DNA of 63,686 nucleotides, counting the filler, from Welwitschia mirabilis (Eukaryota), in the NCBI GenBank assembly GCA_051453625.1. It is 5 parts of one record of this genome, joined end to end, with 100 filler letters (N's around TTAATTAATTAA, not from the genome) between each part and the next. Parts side by side here need not be neighbours in the genome. Positions count along the whole stretch, not along the records: positions 36,586 to 50,790 come from JBOZIK010000001.1; positions 50,891 to 61,956 come from JBOZIK010000001.1; 3 more parts are not named here. One strand, written 5' to 3'. The position numbers were made by a program, and so were the translations under genes. The notes under the pieces were generated by a model that was given only the letters and a program-made list of their open reading frames with translations, was not told the DNA's origin and did not search any database. Shown here piece after piece: positions 40,780-53,800 of the stretch. The stretch's first letter is position 1, and the number at the start of each line of letters is the position of its first letter.

Positions 40780-42777
40780 CCATGAGTTTAGCACCCCAGA
40801 TTATGAGATTTTATTGAATTTATCAAATTGAGTTATTTTTTTATTCCTTATTAATTTTAACTTTTTCTCCCATTTTTAATCTTTTAAAGCCTAGTTCTCA
40901 TTTATATCATTCATTTTTTCATGCTCTTTAATTTACTACTTACAGATCTGATTTCATCGAGTATTTTGTGAGGTATCTGATTCTTTGCATTTTATGAGGT
41001 AGAATTAGTTTTTTAATTTTTGAAACTCATTTTATCAAAAGCCATAAGTTAAAACATAGTGGTCCTTATTGATAAATTTATCAACATGACAAGGTCTATG
41101 CTTCTAATGGATTAGAGTTTTGATTTGAGCACTTTTATTTGTGATCTTTTATAAGGCCCACTTATTTTTTACTTTTTTCTTTTTCTCACATTTCAAACTT
41201 TTATTTCACATGATTAGGTATACAAGACATATTATTTTTTTTAAGAAGGAGGAAGACATATTTTTATAATTTTATATAAAAAACTGATTTTTGGGATTAT
41301 TTAGAGATTTACATGAGAAACATTTTTAGTAATTTTTACTTTATGTCAGGAGATGCTCTTTACATTGTAATTGAGTAGGCCATGTACATGATGAGCTAGA
41401 CAGGTTCGATCTATGTTTATACAAATAGCTTCTATCTATCTAAAGAAATACTTTAGTGATTTTATAAATAGGATTGAGCCAGAAGTAGATCAAAGATTGA
41501 CTGAGATATAGCTTTGATGGATTGTGGATGTACATAGAGTCTACTATGCCTCTGAGACTAGAAAGTTCTATAACATGATGCGAATTAAGAGGGGATTTAA
41601 CACTCATGACTGTTTGATTAATTGTGATTCATAGCCATGATATATTTATTCTCATGAGCCACTTCTCCATAATTACTAAGTTAGATGGCATTGGAAGCAT
41701 ATGTATCCATTTACCTAAAGGTATAGAGAATTATCATGCTTATGGCATAGTATTTGATAAATTAACTGATGTTATTGATAATAGGTAGGGAGTTTTGGTG
41801 ATACATTTATCGCTTTCCTATCAAATTCTACACAGAGGATTAATCCATAACACCATTCCTTCCTTTTATATTAATGATGCCATGGTAGCATATTTACAGA
41901 TGCTGGTAGTATTTAGATATGAGGAGCAAATAGATCTTTTGATGTTAATTTAGAGGAGACTTAGAATAATGANNNNNNNNNNNNNNNNNNNNNNNNNNNN
42001 NNNNNNNNNNNNNNNNNNNNNNNNNNNNNNNNNNNNNNNNNNNNNNNNNNNNNNNNNNNNNNNNNNNNNNNNCTTAGAATAATGATTGAGGCTCATTAGA
42101 TATAAACTCTAGGATATCCATGACTTTGCTCAGCTATGTTCAGATACTTTAGTATACCTAAGCCTATGGAAAGTAGAGATTTACACATCCTTAGATATCA
42201 TCTCATTACTTAAGAATATGGACATCTAGATTTTAAAAGAGGTAGAGAGACTTTAAGTATAGAGACCTATGGTTGGTGTGACCATTGAGTAGATATAGGT
42301 TCTCCTAGTGGACATAGTATAGGGCCTTAGAGAGGCTACGAACAAGGCTTTACTAAACTACATTAGAGGATATCCACTATTGAGAGGAGAGTTTAGCATA
42401 TGAGGGAGCAGTTGATAAATGTGCATGATTGCATATTATGCATTGAGCATGGTATTACTATTAACATCTTAGAGGTAGTTAAAGCATAGGGAGATGAGNN
42501 NNNNNNNNNNNNNNNNNNNNNNNNNNNNNNNNNNNNNNNNNNNNNNNNNNNNNNNNNNNNNNNNNNNNNNNNNNNNNNNNNNNNNNNNNNNNNNNNNNTG
42601 ATTGCATATTATGCATTGAGCATGGTATTACTATTAACATCTTAGAGGTAGTTAAAGCATAGGGAGATGAGATTACATGATCTATTATGATAGTAATTAG
42701 CCATCATTTTTCTATAGATCCTGAGCATCTTCCATCTTCTCCACCTACACCTAAGCCTAAAGGACATCAAGAGTTAA
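40780..42777 (+). pseudogene. Element B additional ORF downstream of pol (Athila env-like / plant transposon protein), decayed
   Basis: Translations WIVDVHRVYYASETRKFYN (~41520), LSLSYQILHRGLIHNTIP (~41810), TLGYP*LCSAMFRYFSIP (~42105), coiled-coil-like RISTIERRV*HMREQL (~42370), Pro-rich tail. Start position approximate. Confidence 0.65.
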
Positions 42778-43330
42778 TTTTGACATGATAAGGGGAGTGA
42801 TTTATTATATTGTATTATGTATCTTCCCTTCATATATTATACTTAAAGACTTATGGTTTTATATAGACATTATTTTTCAGTATCATTATTATGTCCACTT
42901 TTATTTTGAGATATTGTGTACATCATTTACATATTATGGAGAGATTTTATGTTAATGATATTTTATGATAAACATGATTATTTCTATGATGTGCTATACA
43001 TTTAAGTAGGGTGCTATTAAGTTTACTATATTTTAATGTTTATCTTTCTAAAAGATTTGCATAGGCTTTTGTTTTTTAAGAACATTTTTAAGCCATCATC
43101 CCTTCCATTGTTTTAATGATGACTAGGATAAAAGTATAACCACTTACTCTAAACAAGTAAAACATTAAGTTATCTATTTATAACATTTCTATTTTGTATT
43201 TTAAGATTTATGAGACTATTTTTGAGTTTAATTTTAGTTTTCTAGATGATTTATCTTTAGTTAATTTAGTTTATAATTTTGGTTATTGACTTGGTTTTCT
43301 CAGGGATTGGAAAGGCTAAATAAGAGGATA

Positions 43331-44587
43331 TGTTGTGATACCAAATTATATCTATTTTATAGGATATTTTAAGTAGTTTTGTAAGACATTAGATATGTTA
43401 TACTAAGTTTTGACGACAATGAAGAGCTAAAGCAAATATCACAAAAACATGTAATCTTTATTACATCTGATAGCATTTAAGGAAAATTGCAATACTTTCT
43501 ATCTGGAGTAGAAATACTATAATTAAAGAGGCTTATATAATACAAGAAACATATTTATAAATTCCATCTTCTACCTTATTATCTGAATGATAGTGCAAAT
43601 GATAGAAGAAGTTATGCTGGTTAGGATACTTACTGGAGCAAACTGATAGCTGATGTAGATCTTCTATGATGTGGCATTGTCTCTTGTAATTTCCAGATGA
43701 CTAGTAAGACAATACTAAAAAATAACTATTTACCAAAATTTACCAAACTTTTATCATGTATCATACATCTTCTTGTGCGACTGTTAGGGTTTTATCATGT
43801 TTGTTAGTATTTTCTATTTGTAGAGTCTCATTTGTAGAAAACACTTCCTTTATCATCAATTCTAGTTTTATCTTCTTTAATAGTAGAAATTCTCATGATA
43901 GAAGATCAAAGGATAGGAGATAATCCTTGTTTGTTGTAGATAAACTTCTTCCTTAGTGTTGAACTATGTATTCTTCATTGAGGTTCTACTGCTTTGTAGC
44001 ATGAATGTTGGTTTAAATTAATTAAAACTCTTTTTCTCTTTTCATATCTTTTATTATGTGCATCTTCCTTATGGTTTATTTATTTATGATTTTGTGATAG
44101 CTTCATCTCTAATATAGATCACAAGGATAACCTTTATCAAGGTTGATACTAGTAGTTTAGATTATTGAATTTCATTTCCTATATTAACTTGCATTGTTTT
44201 TATATTTAGTTCAAAACACCTGATAGATTAGGTTGGCCTTGGTTTGGTAGTGGCTTTACTTGATTGATCTAGGTTATATAGGGTCAATCTTTATAATAGG
44301 TTGATTTGGTAATTGAATATATGCTTCATTTAGATTTGTCTTGCATCTCATTTACATAGTATATTTACTTGCATTATTTACTTTACATTGTTATTTTGTT
44401 CTACTTAGTAAGTGCATAAATATTTCATTTGAGCTCAATTCTATTTCTTCTTTCTCATGCCTTAAATGGGTTATAACATTTAGATCACTTCCATCTATAT
44501 TAGTGTATTGTATTTTACAATATATATCTGTGATTGATAGATTTAATAAGAATGAAAAATATTACCTAATAAATGTGCATCACAATA
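43331..44587 (+). repeat. 3' LTR of element B, with PPT AAATAAGAGGATA at 43318-43330
   Basis: TGTTGTGATA...CATCACAATA, homologous to 9324-10580. Confidence 0.85.
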
Positions 44588-45034
44588 GTTGATCTCCTGG
44601 TACTTATAGAATTAATTTTACTTTTTCATTTTATTCTTTTTACAAGGCTTCTATATTAAAATGATTAGTTTTAAAATAGATGTAAACCTTATTAAGTCAT
44701 CACTCTAAAGTAACAATATGAGCATTTGCATGATCCTCCATAATCCATTAATGTATGCATTGCCTTAGTACAACCTGCTTCTTCACCTATTACTTAACCT
44801 TTTTATAACTTAAATATTTTATTAGTTTCTAATTTTGTAATTTATAACTATTGCAATAGTTATTTTCCAAAATGAAATTTTATAAGAGAAGAGTAAGATC
44901 TAGATTTTTCAAACTAAAAGTTTATTTTTTCTTCCTCCCTTATTACATTAAAGATCTCACTTATAAATGTAACCATAATATTAGGTTTTTATTAGAGTTT
45001 TTATGTATCCCTAGGTGTCTGACCATGGTGTGCA

Positions 45035-45397
45035 TATAAGTCTTAGTAATTTACCCTTTAACATGGAAATACACTCTCTTCTAAGGAAAATATAGAGTGT
45101 ATGAGGGAAAACATTAGGTATGAAGCCTATAATAAAAGAGTTTCTATGTGAGGAAAGTACATTATTATAGAAGTAGTTAATTTACTACTACATATCCTAT
45201 AGAAGATAGGGCTTATTATGTGCATTACATATCTTATAATGCTAAGTAAAAACATGTACTACACCTTCCATAGTATTAGGTCATAATTGTACTACACATT
45301 CCATAATACTAGGATTAGGAGTGCCTTTAATCAAAGACTCTAAAGTCAAATGGAGTCCATAATGTACAAGAAAGAATGAGTTTAAATCAACTTAATA
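45035..45397 (-). repeat. Probable short LTR (3' LTR of the adjacent copia)
   Basis: Decayed termini TATAAG...CTTAATA, an internal direct repeat with 33-bp period (45255 and 45288), located just after the RNase H end. No clear PPT. Confidence 0.4.
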
Positions 45398-45419
45398 TTA
45401 ATTCAATCTTGGATTTGAA

Positions 45420-48400
45420 ATACTAGAACTTATCTCAACCAAGTTATTTGGTAAGGATATTAAGAGTTTACTCTATAGTCAAATAGTATACTAGTGTAAT
45501 GACTTTATTTTGTATAAGTTCCCTAATTTTGTGGATCTCACATAAAATTATTTTTTCCTATTATGATGCATTAGATATTTTGCTAGCAAATTGCTAATTG
45601 CTTGTTAATGAAGAGCTCTATTGTCTTAGTCTATTTTAATTATACTAGTTCTAAAGCATTCAAGTTCTTTACATGCCATAGAAGTAGTTGTATATTTTGG
45701 CCCAGTACAACATCAATCTATTGTTTTCTAATGCTTTGATTATCATGAAAAGGGTGATGTCCCTAAGAACATAACATACCCTGATGTTGATAGAGAGGTA
45801 TCACTTTCTCTAGCAACATATGAATCATATTATATATTTAAGATGAATTAAAAGTTTCTTTTATATGTTAGACCTAAATATTTGGTCTTCTTTAAGTATC
45901 TCAGCACTCTCTTTATAGAATTCAAATGAGTTACCTTGGGTGCATGGAAATATCTTAATAATACACCAATAACATATGATATATCTTGTATAATATTTAT
46001 TACATAAATTAAACTTGAGACCATTCTTCCATATTTAGTCTTACTTATAGGTTCTAAATCTTCATATACAGATATCTTGGAATTCATTTCTAAAGGAGTC
46101 ATATCATCCTTTGCATTTTATATCCCAGATTTATCAACTAGATCTATGATTTATTTCTTATAAGTTAAAAATATCCAATATTTTTTATGAATAATCTCTA
46201 CATCCAAGTAAAATCTTACTAATTTGAAATTACAAATTTTGAATGCTTTACTTAAAGCAATCTTTATTATTTTCACATCTTCTTCATTAGTTTTAGTTAT
46301 TAACATATCGTCTAGATATATTGATATATATGTGTATTTAATTCCATTAAATTTTATAAATAATGTGACATCCACACCTCAATAATCACATAATATAAAT
46401 CAAATAAAACTTAGATAATTTACAAGATTAGTATACCATGCTCTTAGTGCTTGTTTTAATTCATATAGTAAGTTGATCAATCTATAAACTTTTTGTTATT
46501 TGTTTTTAACTTTAAATCCTTATGGTGGCATCATGTCAATTTATTATATTAAATATTCATGTATAAAGGTAGTCTTTATATCTAATAGATAAATCTTTCA
46601 TCCTCTTTGTGTAGCCAAAGTAATCACTATTTTAATGGTAGCCCATTTTGCAGTCAACACAAAGATCTTATTATAATCAAATTCTTTCTTCTAAGGTAGG
46701 AAAATAACAACAAGCTAAGATTTATGTCACTTAAGAGCATTTTAACTATTATATTTCTTGTATAAAATCTATTTTTAAGGTAACTCTATGCATATTAACT
46801 AAAGATCTACCAACTCTAAGGTATCATTTCCAAGAAGACTATCATATTCTTCTTGTGTAGAGTTTTTCTAGTTATTATGTTGAATATAATTCTTACATGA
46901 GTTTAGTTTATCATAAAATATTACATGCAAATTATCATTATCATTATCATGAGATTTATGTAAGCCTTGTTTGATTTGAGTTTTACTCTTCTCATCATTG
47001 CAAATATCTTGAAGTATAAACTATAGTTAAGTACTTTAACATCATCTCTAGGTAGTATCAATTTTTTTTTTTTTTTTGAAGAATCCATTAAATTTCTACT
47101 AAAACCATAATCAAGTGTGTTGAAAGCACTAGAGGTTATAAAGTAAATGTACCACTAGTAGAAATTAAAGCATCATTGATGATCACATATTACCCCTCTA
47201 TCATAAGACATTAAACATCAATATGGTCACTAGGTTTTAGAAAGGATAACACTTTGAGAGATAATCATTATTTAATGCTTCTAAAAAGATGACATTACAA
47301 GAAAACAATGATCTTCTGATGCTCTAGAAGATATACTTAATAATCCTTCTAGTTAGCTAGATATTTCATATTTCATAAAGATGTTGATGCAAGCTTGTGC
47401 TCCAATCTTTTCATGATGTTTACATAAAATATGGATGTAGCACATATAACAAAAAGCATGGAAATGATTTAACTTCATCTTATATCCATACCACATTTTA
47501 GCTAGAAATACTCCTTTTTTAGTATATCAACTAATGTGGTTATTAAGATACATAGCTGTTTCATTACGTTATTCCAATGATAGGTCTTACAACCATGGAA
47601 ATATGTCATGGAACAAACCATATCCATGATAGTATAATTTACTCACTCAACATTTCCATTTTATTGAGATGTCTCAAGGAAGGTTTTTAAATGTTGAATT
47701 TATTTAGAAGAAAGAAAGTTCTTAAACTTAGTAGATGAGTACTTACCATTAATATTTGAGTAAAAATTTTTAATCCAACATTTAGCTTGTTTTCCACTTT
47801 AGTTTTAAACTTTTTGAAAATTTTCAAAGTATGAGATTTGGATTTAATAAAATATAGCCAAGTCATTCAAGAATAGTTATCAATAAAAAAGATAAAATAA
47901 TATAATATATGAAGGGTAGAAACTAGCATAGGTTCATATAGATACTGTGAATAAGTGAAAGCTTTCAATCAACACATCACTTATTTAATGAAAATTATTA
48001 TCTAGTTTATTTATCCATAATACATGCTTCACAATGAGGAAAATCCCATGGAATGAATGAAAGAAGCCAGTGGCCATGTCATGTATCATAATTATTATGC
48101 AAGAAGTAATATGTTATAATCAATCATGCCATAATAGCAAGTTAGAGATCTCATCTTGGAAAATAGCATAAGAAATTTCTCACATTCTGATATAACCATG
48201 AATATGAATAAGATTTCCATTCATGTAGCCTTTCATGATCAGTTATTGATTACTATTATAAATATCCATTGAGTACTTCATCATATAAATTGAGTGATCT
48301 TCTCACACTAGAGTAAAAATCAATAGAAGATGCAACCTAAAAGAAGAAATGTATAGAATATAAGAAATAATATGTGAAGAGAGCAATGTTAAGTCAAGGG

Positions 48401-49270
48401 TAACTAAATCATAGCCTTTTATAGAAACTAGAGTTTTATCTACTAAATAAACTCGACTCAATACTTTAATAAAGTTATCAAAATAATTCTATCAATAAGT
48501 CATGTAATGCATTTCACCTNNNNNNNNNNNNNNNNNNNNNNNNNNNNNNNNNNNNNNNNNNNNNNNNNNNNNNNNNNNNNNNNNNNNNNNNNNNNNNNNN
48601 NNNNNNNNNNNNNNNNNNNAATAAGTCATGTAATGCATTTCACCTATGTCAAGAACCCATATTGCATTGTGAGGCATGTGCATACTCATACTAATAAATT
48701 GAAAATTGTCAAATGATAATTTTACTTAAAATTTTAAACATCATCAAGAGAATTAGATTATTTAGTAATTGGATTTTTCTTAGGTGTAGACTTTATCTTA
48801 TTTCAAGATATCCTACCAAGTTCTATGGTACGATCTTGTCTTTTGCATTATTGAGCACTAATATTTATTTTTATTTGGATTGACAATATTTTAAAATTTC
48901 TTTTTATTTGGTTAAGTCTAATTAGGATTTTTATTTTCTTATTTTTATAAAGCCTCTTATCATGATAAAATTCCTCTTATGGATAAGATTTGCTAGTAGA
49001 TGATTTTGATTGACAAGAAGGTCCACGAGAATAAAAAACTTTGGATGTGGTATTAGAGGAAGAAGATCCCATGAAGTTAAATTTTACTTCTATAGTAATA
49101 ATATTCATACTAGGTATGTTAAAGTTCATATTCTATAGCTACTTACTTCTATGAAGAGTTAAAATGTAGCTATAAAGAGATAAATCCTTTAAACAATAAT
49201 GAATCAAGTTGACATAATGAACATATACTTGATTCTTTAGTCTATTTTAGTAACATTTGCCTTAATATCC
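45420..49270 (-). pseudogene. Ty1/copia gag-pol remnant (gag C-terminus, protease, integrase, RT, RNase H)
   Basis: Protease WVLDIGEMHYMT (~48660-48625), IN YFIFFIDNYS*MTWLYFIKSKS (~47900-47835), RT LYELKQALRAWY (~46470-46435) and ISIYLDDML (~46330-46300), ORF 45848-46102 (VKRVLRYLK-like). Domain order is copia-type. Confidence 0.9.
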
Positions 49271-49278
49271 ATCATATC

Positions 49279-49420
49279 TCCTACCGTAACCAGCATGTTG
49301 GCATCTCACTAATATAGAAAGGGCCCGAGTGCCCGTGTTGCATTTTAGGATGTAGGGCGAGAAAGGTGGTAAGGCCGCTAACACCTGTAAACCGCTCCTC
49401 GTCTAAGCTATGAGCTAGCA
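49279..49420. other. Short GC- and CpG-rich island of foreign-looking DNA truncating the copia gag
   Basis: About 7 CpG in ~130 bp against near absence in the flanks. Origin not identifiable by eye. Confidence 0.45.
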
Positions 49421-49735
49421 TATTTTACTATTCTCATAATGAAGGATGTTCATGCTTATAATGAGGTTGATTAATTATATATCATTCTTCACATAAATGT
49501 ATCCCATAAAGTATAGTAGTTGGTATAATTTCACTTGCTCATATTAACCAATTTTTTATGTAGAGTGGTCACTGATTTTTGTGTTATACCTGTAAGCTTG
49601 CTATCAATGACTTTTCATGCATATTTTTCATTGTTATTCTAAAGAAGAAATACACTTTATTGAAAAAATATCTATCAACTCCATAAATGCACATTATAAA
49701 CATGAAGTATTCATTTTCTTTCTCCCAACTCTAAT

Positions 49736-49793
49736 TGTTGTGGTGTGAATTCTTATGATCTCGAAGTCCCTTAGATAAACCTGTAGCTCATAT
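49736..49793 (-). repeat. Terminal fragment of a C-family Athila LTR, cut by the next insertion
   Basis: TGTTGTGGTGTGAATT..GAAGTCCCTTAGATAAACCTGTA matches the LTR ends at 26195, 35305 and 58703. Confidence 0.75.
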
Positions 49794-50790
49794 TGTTGAG
49801 AACCTATTGTCATTGATTAAGTTAATGATTTTTTGTGAGTTAGTCTTTTCTGTAGGTAACTTCTAGAACTGGGTGGCTAATTTATAAAGTCAGATGATCA
49901 CATGTTTAAGAATTGTAATACTGCTTCAAAAGCAAAAAACTGCGCATGATTTTCTGGGCGACCAAACACTAACAACATAAAGAAGACTAGTTAATACATG
50001 GGAGACTGTCATAATAACATAGGTAACCATATTTCACTCAAACTAATATAATTTGATATACTTACAAGCGATCAAATATATTCATATGGGCGATAGCATG
50101 ACATGCGATGAATTATAACCTGATAGAAATATGGGTGACCATAAATATTCATACAGGTAACCGTATGACATGCGGTGAACTCCAACTTGATAGAAATACC
50201 GGTGACCACAGATATTCATAAGGATAACTTGATGATATGCAGTGAACTCCATCTAAATAGAAATACAGACAACCATAGATATTCAGAGGGGTAACATTAT
50301 AACATGTAGCAAGAATCTTACTGACAGTAGTACGAGTAACCAACCATAACTATATAAGCGACTTAACAAAGGGCGACCACGTATTTACATAAGAGTAACC
50401 ACTTTTGGACCATATCCTATACTGAGAAAATATGCAACAAGCAAGGGCGACTGAATGTAATAACAAGGGCAACTATAGTTTTGGTCCACCAAACACTCTA
50501 AAAGGTCAACCATATGATGGAAAAATATAACCATTTTCAACATAATGGTTCTTTAGCAAAAGCACAATAGTTCTCTAGAAAAGTACAATAGTTCTTTTAC
50601 CTCTAAGAAAATGGTCATATGATACATCTCAAGTATAAAAGCTTTCTTATAAACACTAGAAGATACTGATACTATTCTTGTAAAATCAGAGATTGAATAA
50701 GCACTGATACACTTTTCATTCACACATCTGAACATGCTGATAAGGTTTAGATTTCTGATGTACTTACTCTTAGCATTTTCTTAAGAAGAA
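49794..50790 (+). repeat. LTR of a different family (copia/Sirevirus-like), truncated by a gap
   Basis: Starts TGTTGAGAAC, U3 rich in GGTGACC/GGTAACC/GGGCGACC motifs, TATA-like TATAAAAG at ~50634. Confidence 0.55.
50075..50300 (+). repeat. 67-bp tandem repeat, about 3.3 copies
   Basis: ATATTCA recurs at 50078, 50145, 50212 and 50279 with conserved intervening sequence (ATGACATGCGGTGAACTCC..GATAGAAATA..GGTGACCA). Confidence 0.9.
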
Positions 50791-50890
50791 NNNNNNNNNN
50801 NNNNNNNNNNNNNNNNNNNNNNNNNNNNNNNNNNTTAATTAATTAANNNNNNNNNNNNNNNNNNNNNNNNNNNNNNNNNNNNNNNNNNNN

Positions 50891-53800
50891 AACATTGATA
50901 AGTAATCCAAGATAATAGTGTCTATGATGATCAAGATAAAAAAAATGATGGCAAGCATTTCCCTTTTAGTAGTAATATAGTTGGACTGGATCTTAAACAA
51001 ATTTTTAGTAATATAAGATATGACTTGAAGAACATTTTCACATTTTTAATTAAGAACTCCACCCACAACAATGTCTTTCACATCACACATAAGTTTAAAA
51101 TATTTTGTTAAATTGGGACCTGTGATAGTAGATTTAGAATAAATGTTACCATTAAGTGTTTTAAAATTAAGTTGACATGAATTATCCTAATCAAATTTAG
51201 CTTCTTTATAAATTAATGACTGAAGGGTTTTATAAACCTTAACGTAATCTTAAGTAAAACGATAATAGAAACTAGCATAATTAATGAATGATCTAATTTA
51301 TTTGACATTAGTTAAAGGATTAATGTTTTTAATAATACTAACTTTTATAAGATCCATCTTAATTCCCTCATTAGAGATGTTATGACCTAAAATAATTTCA
51401 TTGTTGATAAGGAAAAAACTTTTTTCCCAGTTTAGGTGTAGGCTACTCTTTATACATTAATTCAAGACTTTCTCTAACCTTTCTAAGATTTGTTTAAAAG
51501 TTTTACTAAAGATAGAGAAGTCATCTATAAATATTTAAATATCTTATATCATCTCATGAAAAATACTCATCATTACTCATTGGAAATTCCTAGGAACACT
51601 ACAAAGTTCAAAAGGCATTCTTCTAAAAACAAAAGTTCTAAAGAGAGAGATAAAACTAGTTTTTGCTTGGTCTTCACTTACTATGAAAACTTGATTATAG
51701 CCACTATACCCATTAAGAAAATAATAGTAGGCATGTTCTTAGATTCTATCAAGTACTTAATTAAGAAAGGGTAAAGAAAAATGATCATTTTTAATGATCT
51801 CAGTAGGTTTTCTAAAATTAATGCACATTCTCCATTTCCCATCCTTTTTAGAAACTAGTATTAAGGGGGTAATCCACTCACTATTAAATATAACATAAAT
51901 GAACCTAACATTTATAAATTTAATAATTTCATCTTTAATAACTTGCTTAAGGGCTGAGTTAATCCTACATTAGGGTTACCTAACTAATTTAGCATTATCT
52001 TCAATGTAGATTTTGTGTTGAATTTTAGAAGGATTAATGGTAGTTAAGTCTTTATAAGTCTAAGTAAAAGCATTTTCCTTACAATTCAAAAGTAAGATGA
52101 AGTTATATTCCTATTGAGAAGTAAGAAGATCACTTATTATCAAAGGCTTCTTTAGATTATGACATAGAAAAACATATTTCAGACGTCTGGGTAACTCTTT
52201 TAGTTCTAAGTTGGAATTTTCGAGTTTTGTTACTGAATTGCCATCAATGAATTTTATTTTAGACTCTTATAGGGACAATAGTAGGGGATTACTTCCTTAA
52301 AAATGGTTTTTCATTAAGTAAACATGTTGGATTTCTTTTCCATTTAAAAATCCCTCATCCTCATGCTCAAAATAGTGTATTTCAGTCAAGTCATCATATA
52401 AAGTTAATTCATGTAGTGTTATTAACCTCTTCTCAATTTCACGATGCTGTAAAAATAAGGTTGGTTTAAGTCCTTATTCTAAGTTATACTAATCTCCCAC
52501 TTCTTTTTTAGTAGCATTAAAAACTATAATAGTAAGCTTCTTATTGCCTATGTAACATTCCATCATTCTGGTTTATGTGTTAATAATATAGTAGATAGTT
52601 GTACAAAAGTCTCTTCCTAAAAGTAGTGGATAATCTCCATCATGTTCTATATCAATGATAACCATGTCTTTAAGGTAAAAATCTTTTTTTATTTGAATAA
52701 TAAATCTCTTAATAATTATAAATATTTCTTAATTAAAGTATTAGCTAAGATGATTTGTATAGGTTCCACTCTATTTTCCAACCTAAGTCCTTTTACATAT
52801 GTAAAGAGGCATGATGTTGACACTGGTTCCTATGTCAACAAAATCTTTTTAAATTATTTTATTTTTTTCCCAAATTAACATTTAATTTTGATTCCCTATG
52901 GTCTTTGAATTTAATATACTTTTTCATGACTGTTGGAAATAGGTTAAGCAAATAAGACCTTACTAGAAATGGTATGTTTTTGCTTTCTTCTAACTAGGTC
53001 TTTTCACAACTTAGAATATTTAGTATTTTCTTGTAATGATTTTCAAAAACATAATTCTATATTTACCTCTTACATTAAGACCTTCAAGTACTTATCATAG
53101 GTAGGATTTGTGTTTATTCTATCAAGCCAAGGAGTAGATGTTTCTTCTCTTTGTTTTCTTGTAAAGAATTTTTAGTGGTAGGCTTATCATTTAATGTTGA
53201 AGGGATATTATATGTTTTCAAAAGTTTTGCATCATTTTCTTCCTTAATTTTTTGATGATTTTTGAAAGTCAAAGCCTCATGAGTAGGAGGTCTTGTATCA
53301 TTTCTACTTCTTATTACTAGCTTTAAATCTTTCTTAGCTTCTTTTGCATTGGGTAAAGGTTGAGATGCAAGAGATCCTTATGGTCTTTGATTGGCTAACA
53401 TTGTTTATTAAAGCATATTCACTAAGTTCTCAATATTATTATTAGTCTTTTCTAGCATTTTTTTCAATTCTTCTATTGAATCTCTAAATGAGTCATTTTG
53501 AATTGGTTAAAGGTTGAGATTACTTGGTTAGAAGTTTGAATTTCTAAATCTATTCACAAAAGTTTTCAATGTGATTATCCACCTAAGAATTATTGAAATT
53601 ATGGTTGGCATTTAAAGTTAGATGTTCTTTGATTAAATGCACATACTTTTCAAACATTATTTCTTTACAAGTTGGTAACTAAGTATACTCTTTAGTTGGA
53701 TGAGAGTTATTTTTACATATATCATATTTTGAAGTTATCTTTTTCTCTTTTACTATCTATGCATAAACTATTATTGAAGTGTACTTCTCCAACGTGGTAT

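Larger units (their letters stand above)
9324..44587 (+). mobile_element. Element B: full-length Athila-type Ty3/gypsy LTR retrotransposon with env-like ORF, carrying nested insertions
   Basis: Paired homologous LTRs 9324-10580 and 43331-44587. Flanks ATTGA (9319-9323) and GTTGA (44588-44592). PBS, gag, PR, RT, RH, IN, extra ORF and PPT are collinear once the inserts are removed. Confidence 0.85.

Noticed and set aside
50075-50300. CRISPR-like periodic array
   Set aside because: The whole 67-bp unit is conserved with no unique spacers, there are no cas genes, and the context is a eukaryotic LTR.
51490-51774. Plus-strand ORFs over minus-strand pol (also 31018, 31741, 32757, 52642)
   Set aside because: Antisense shadows of RT/IN/PR remnants.
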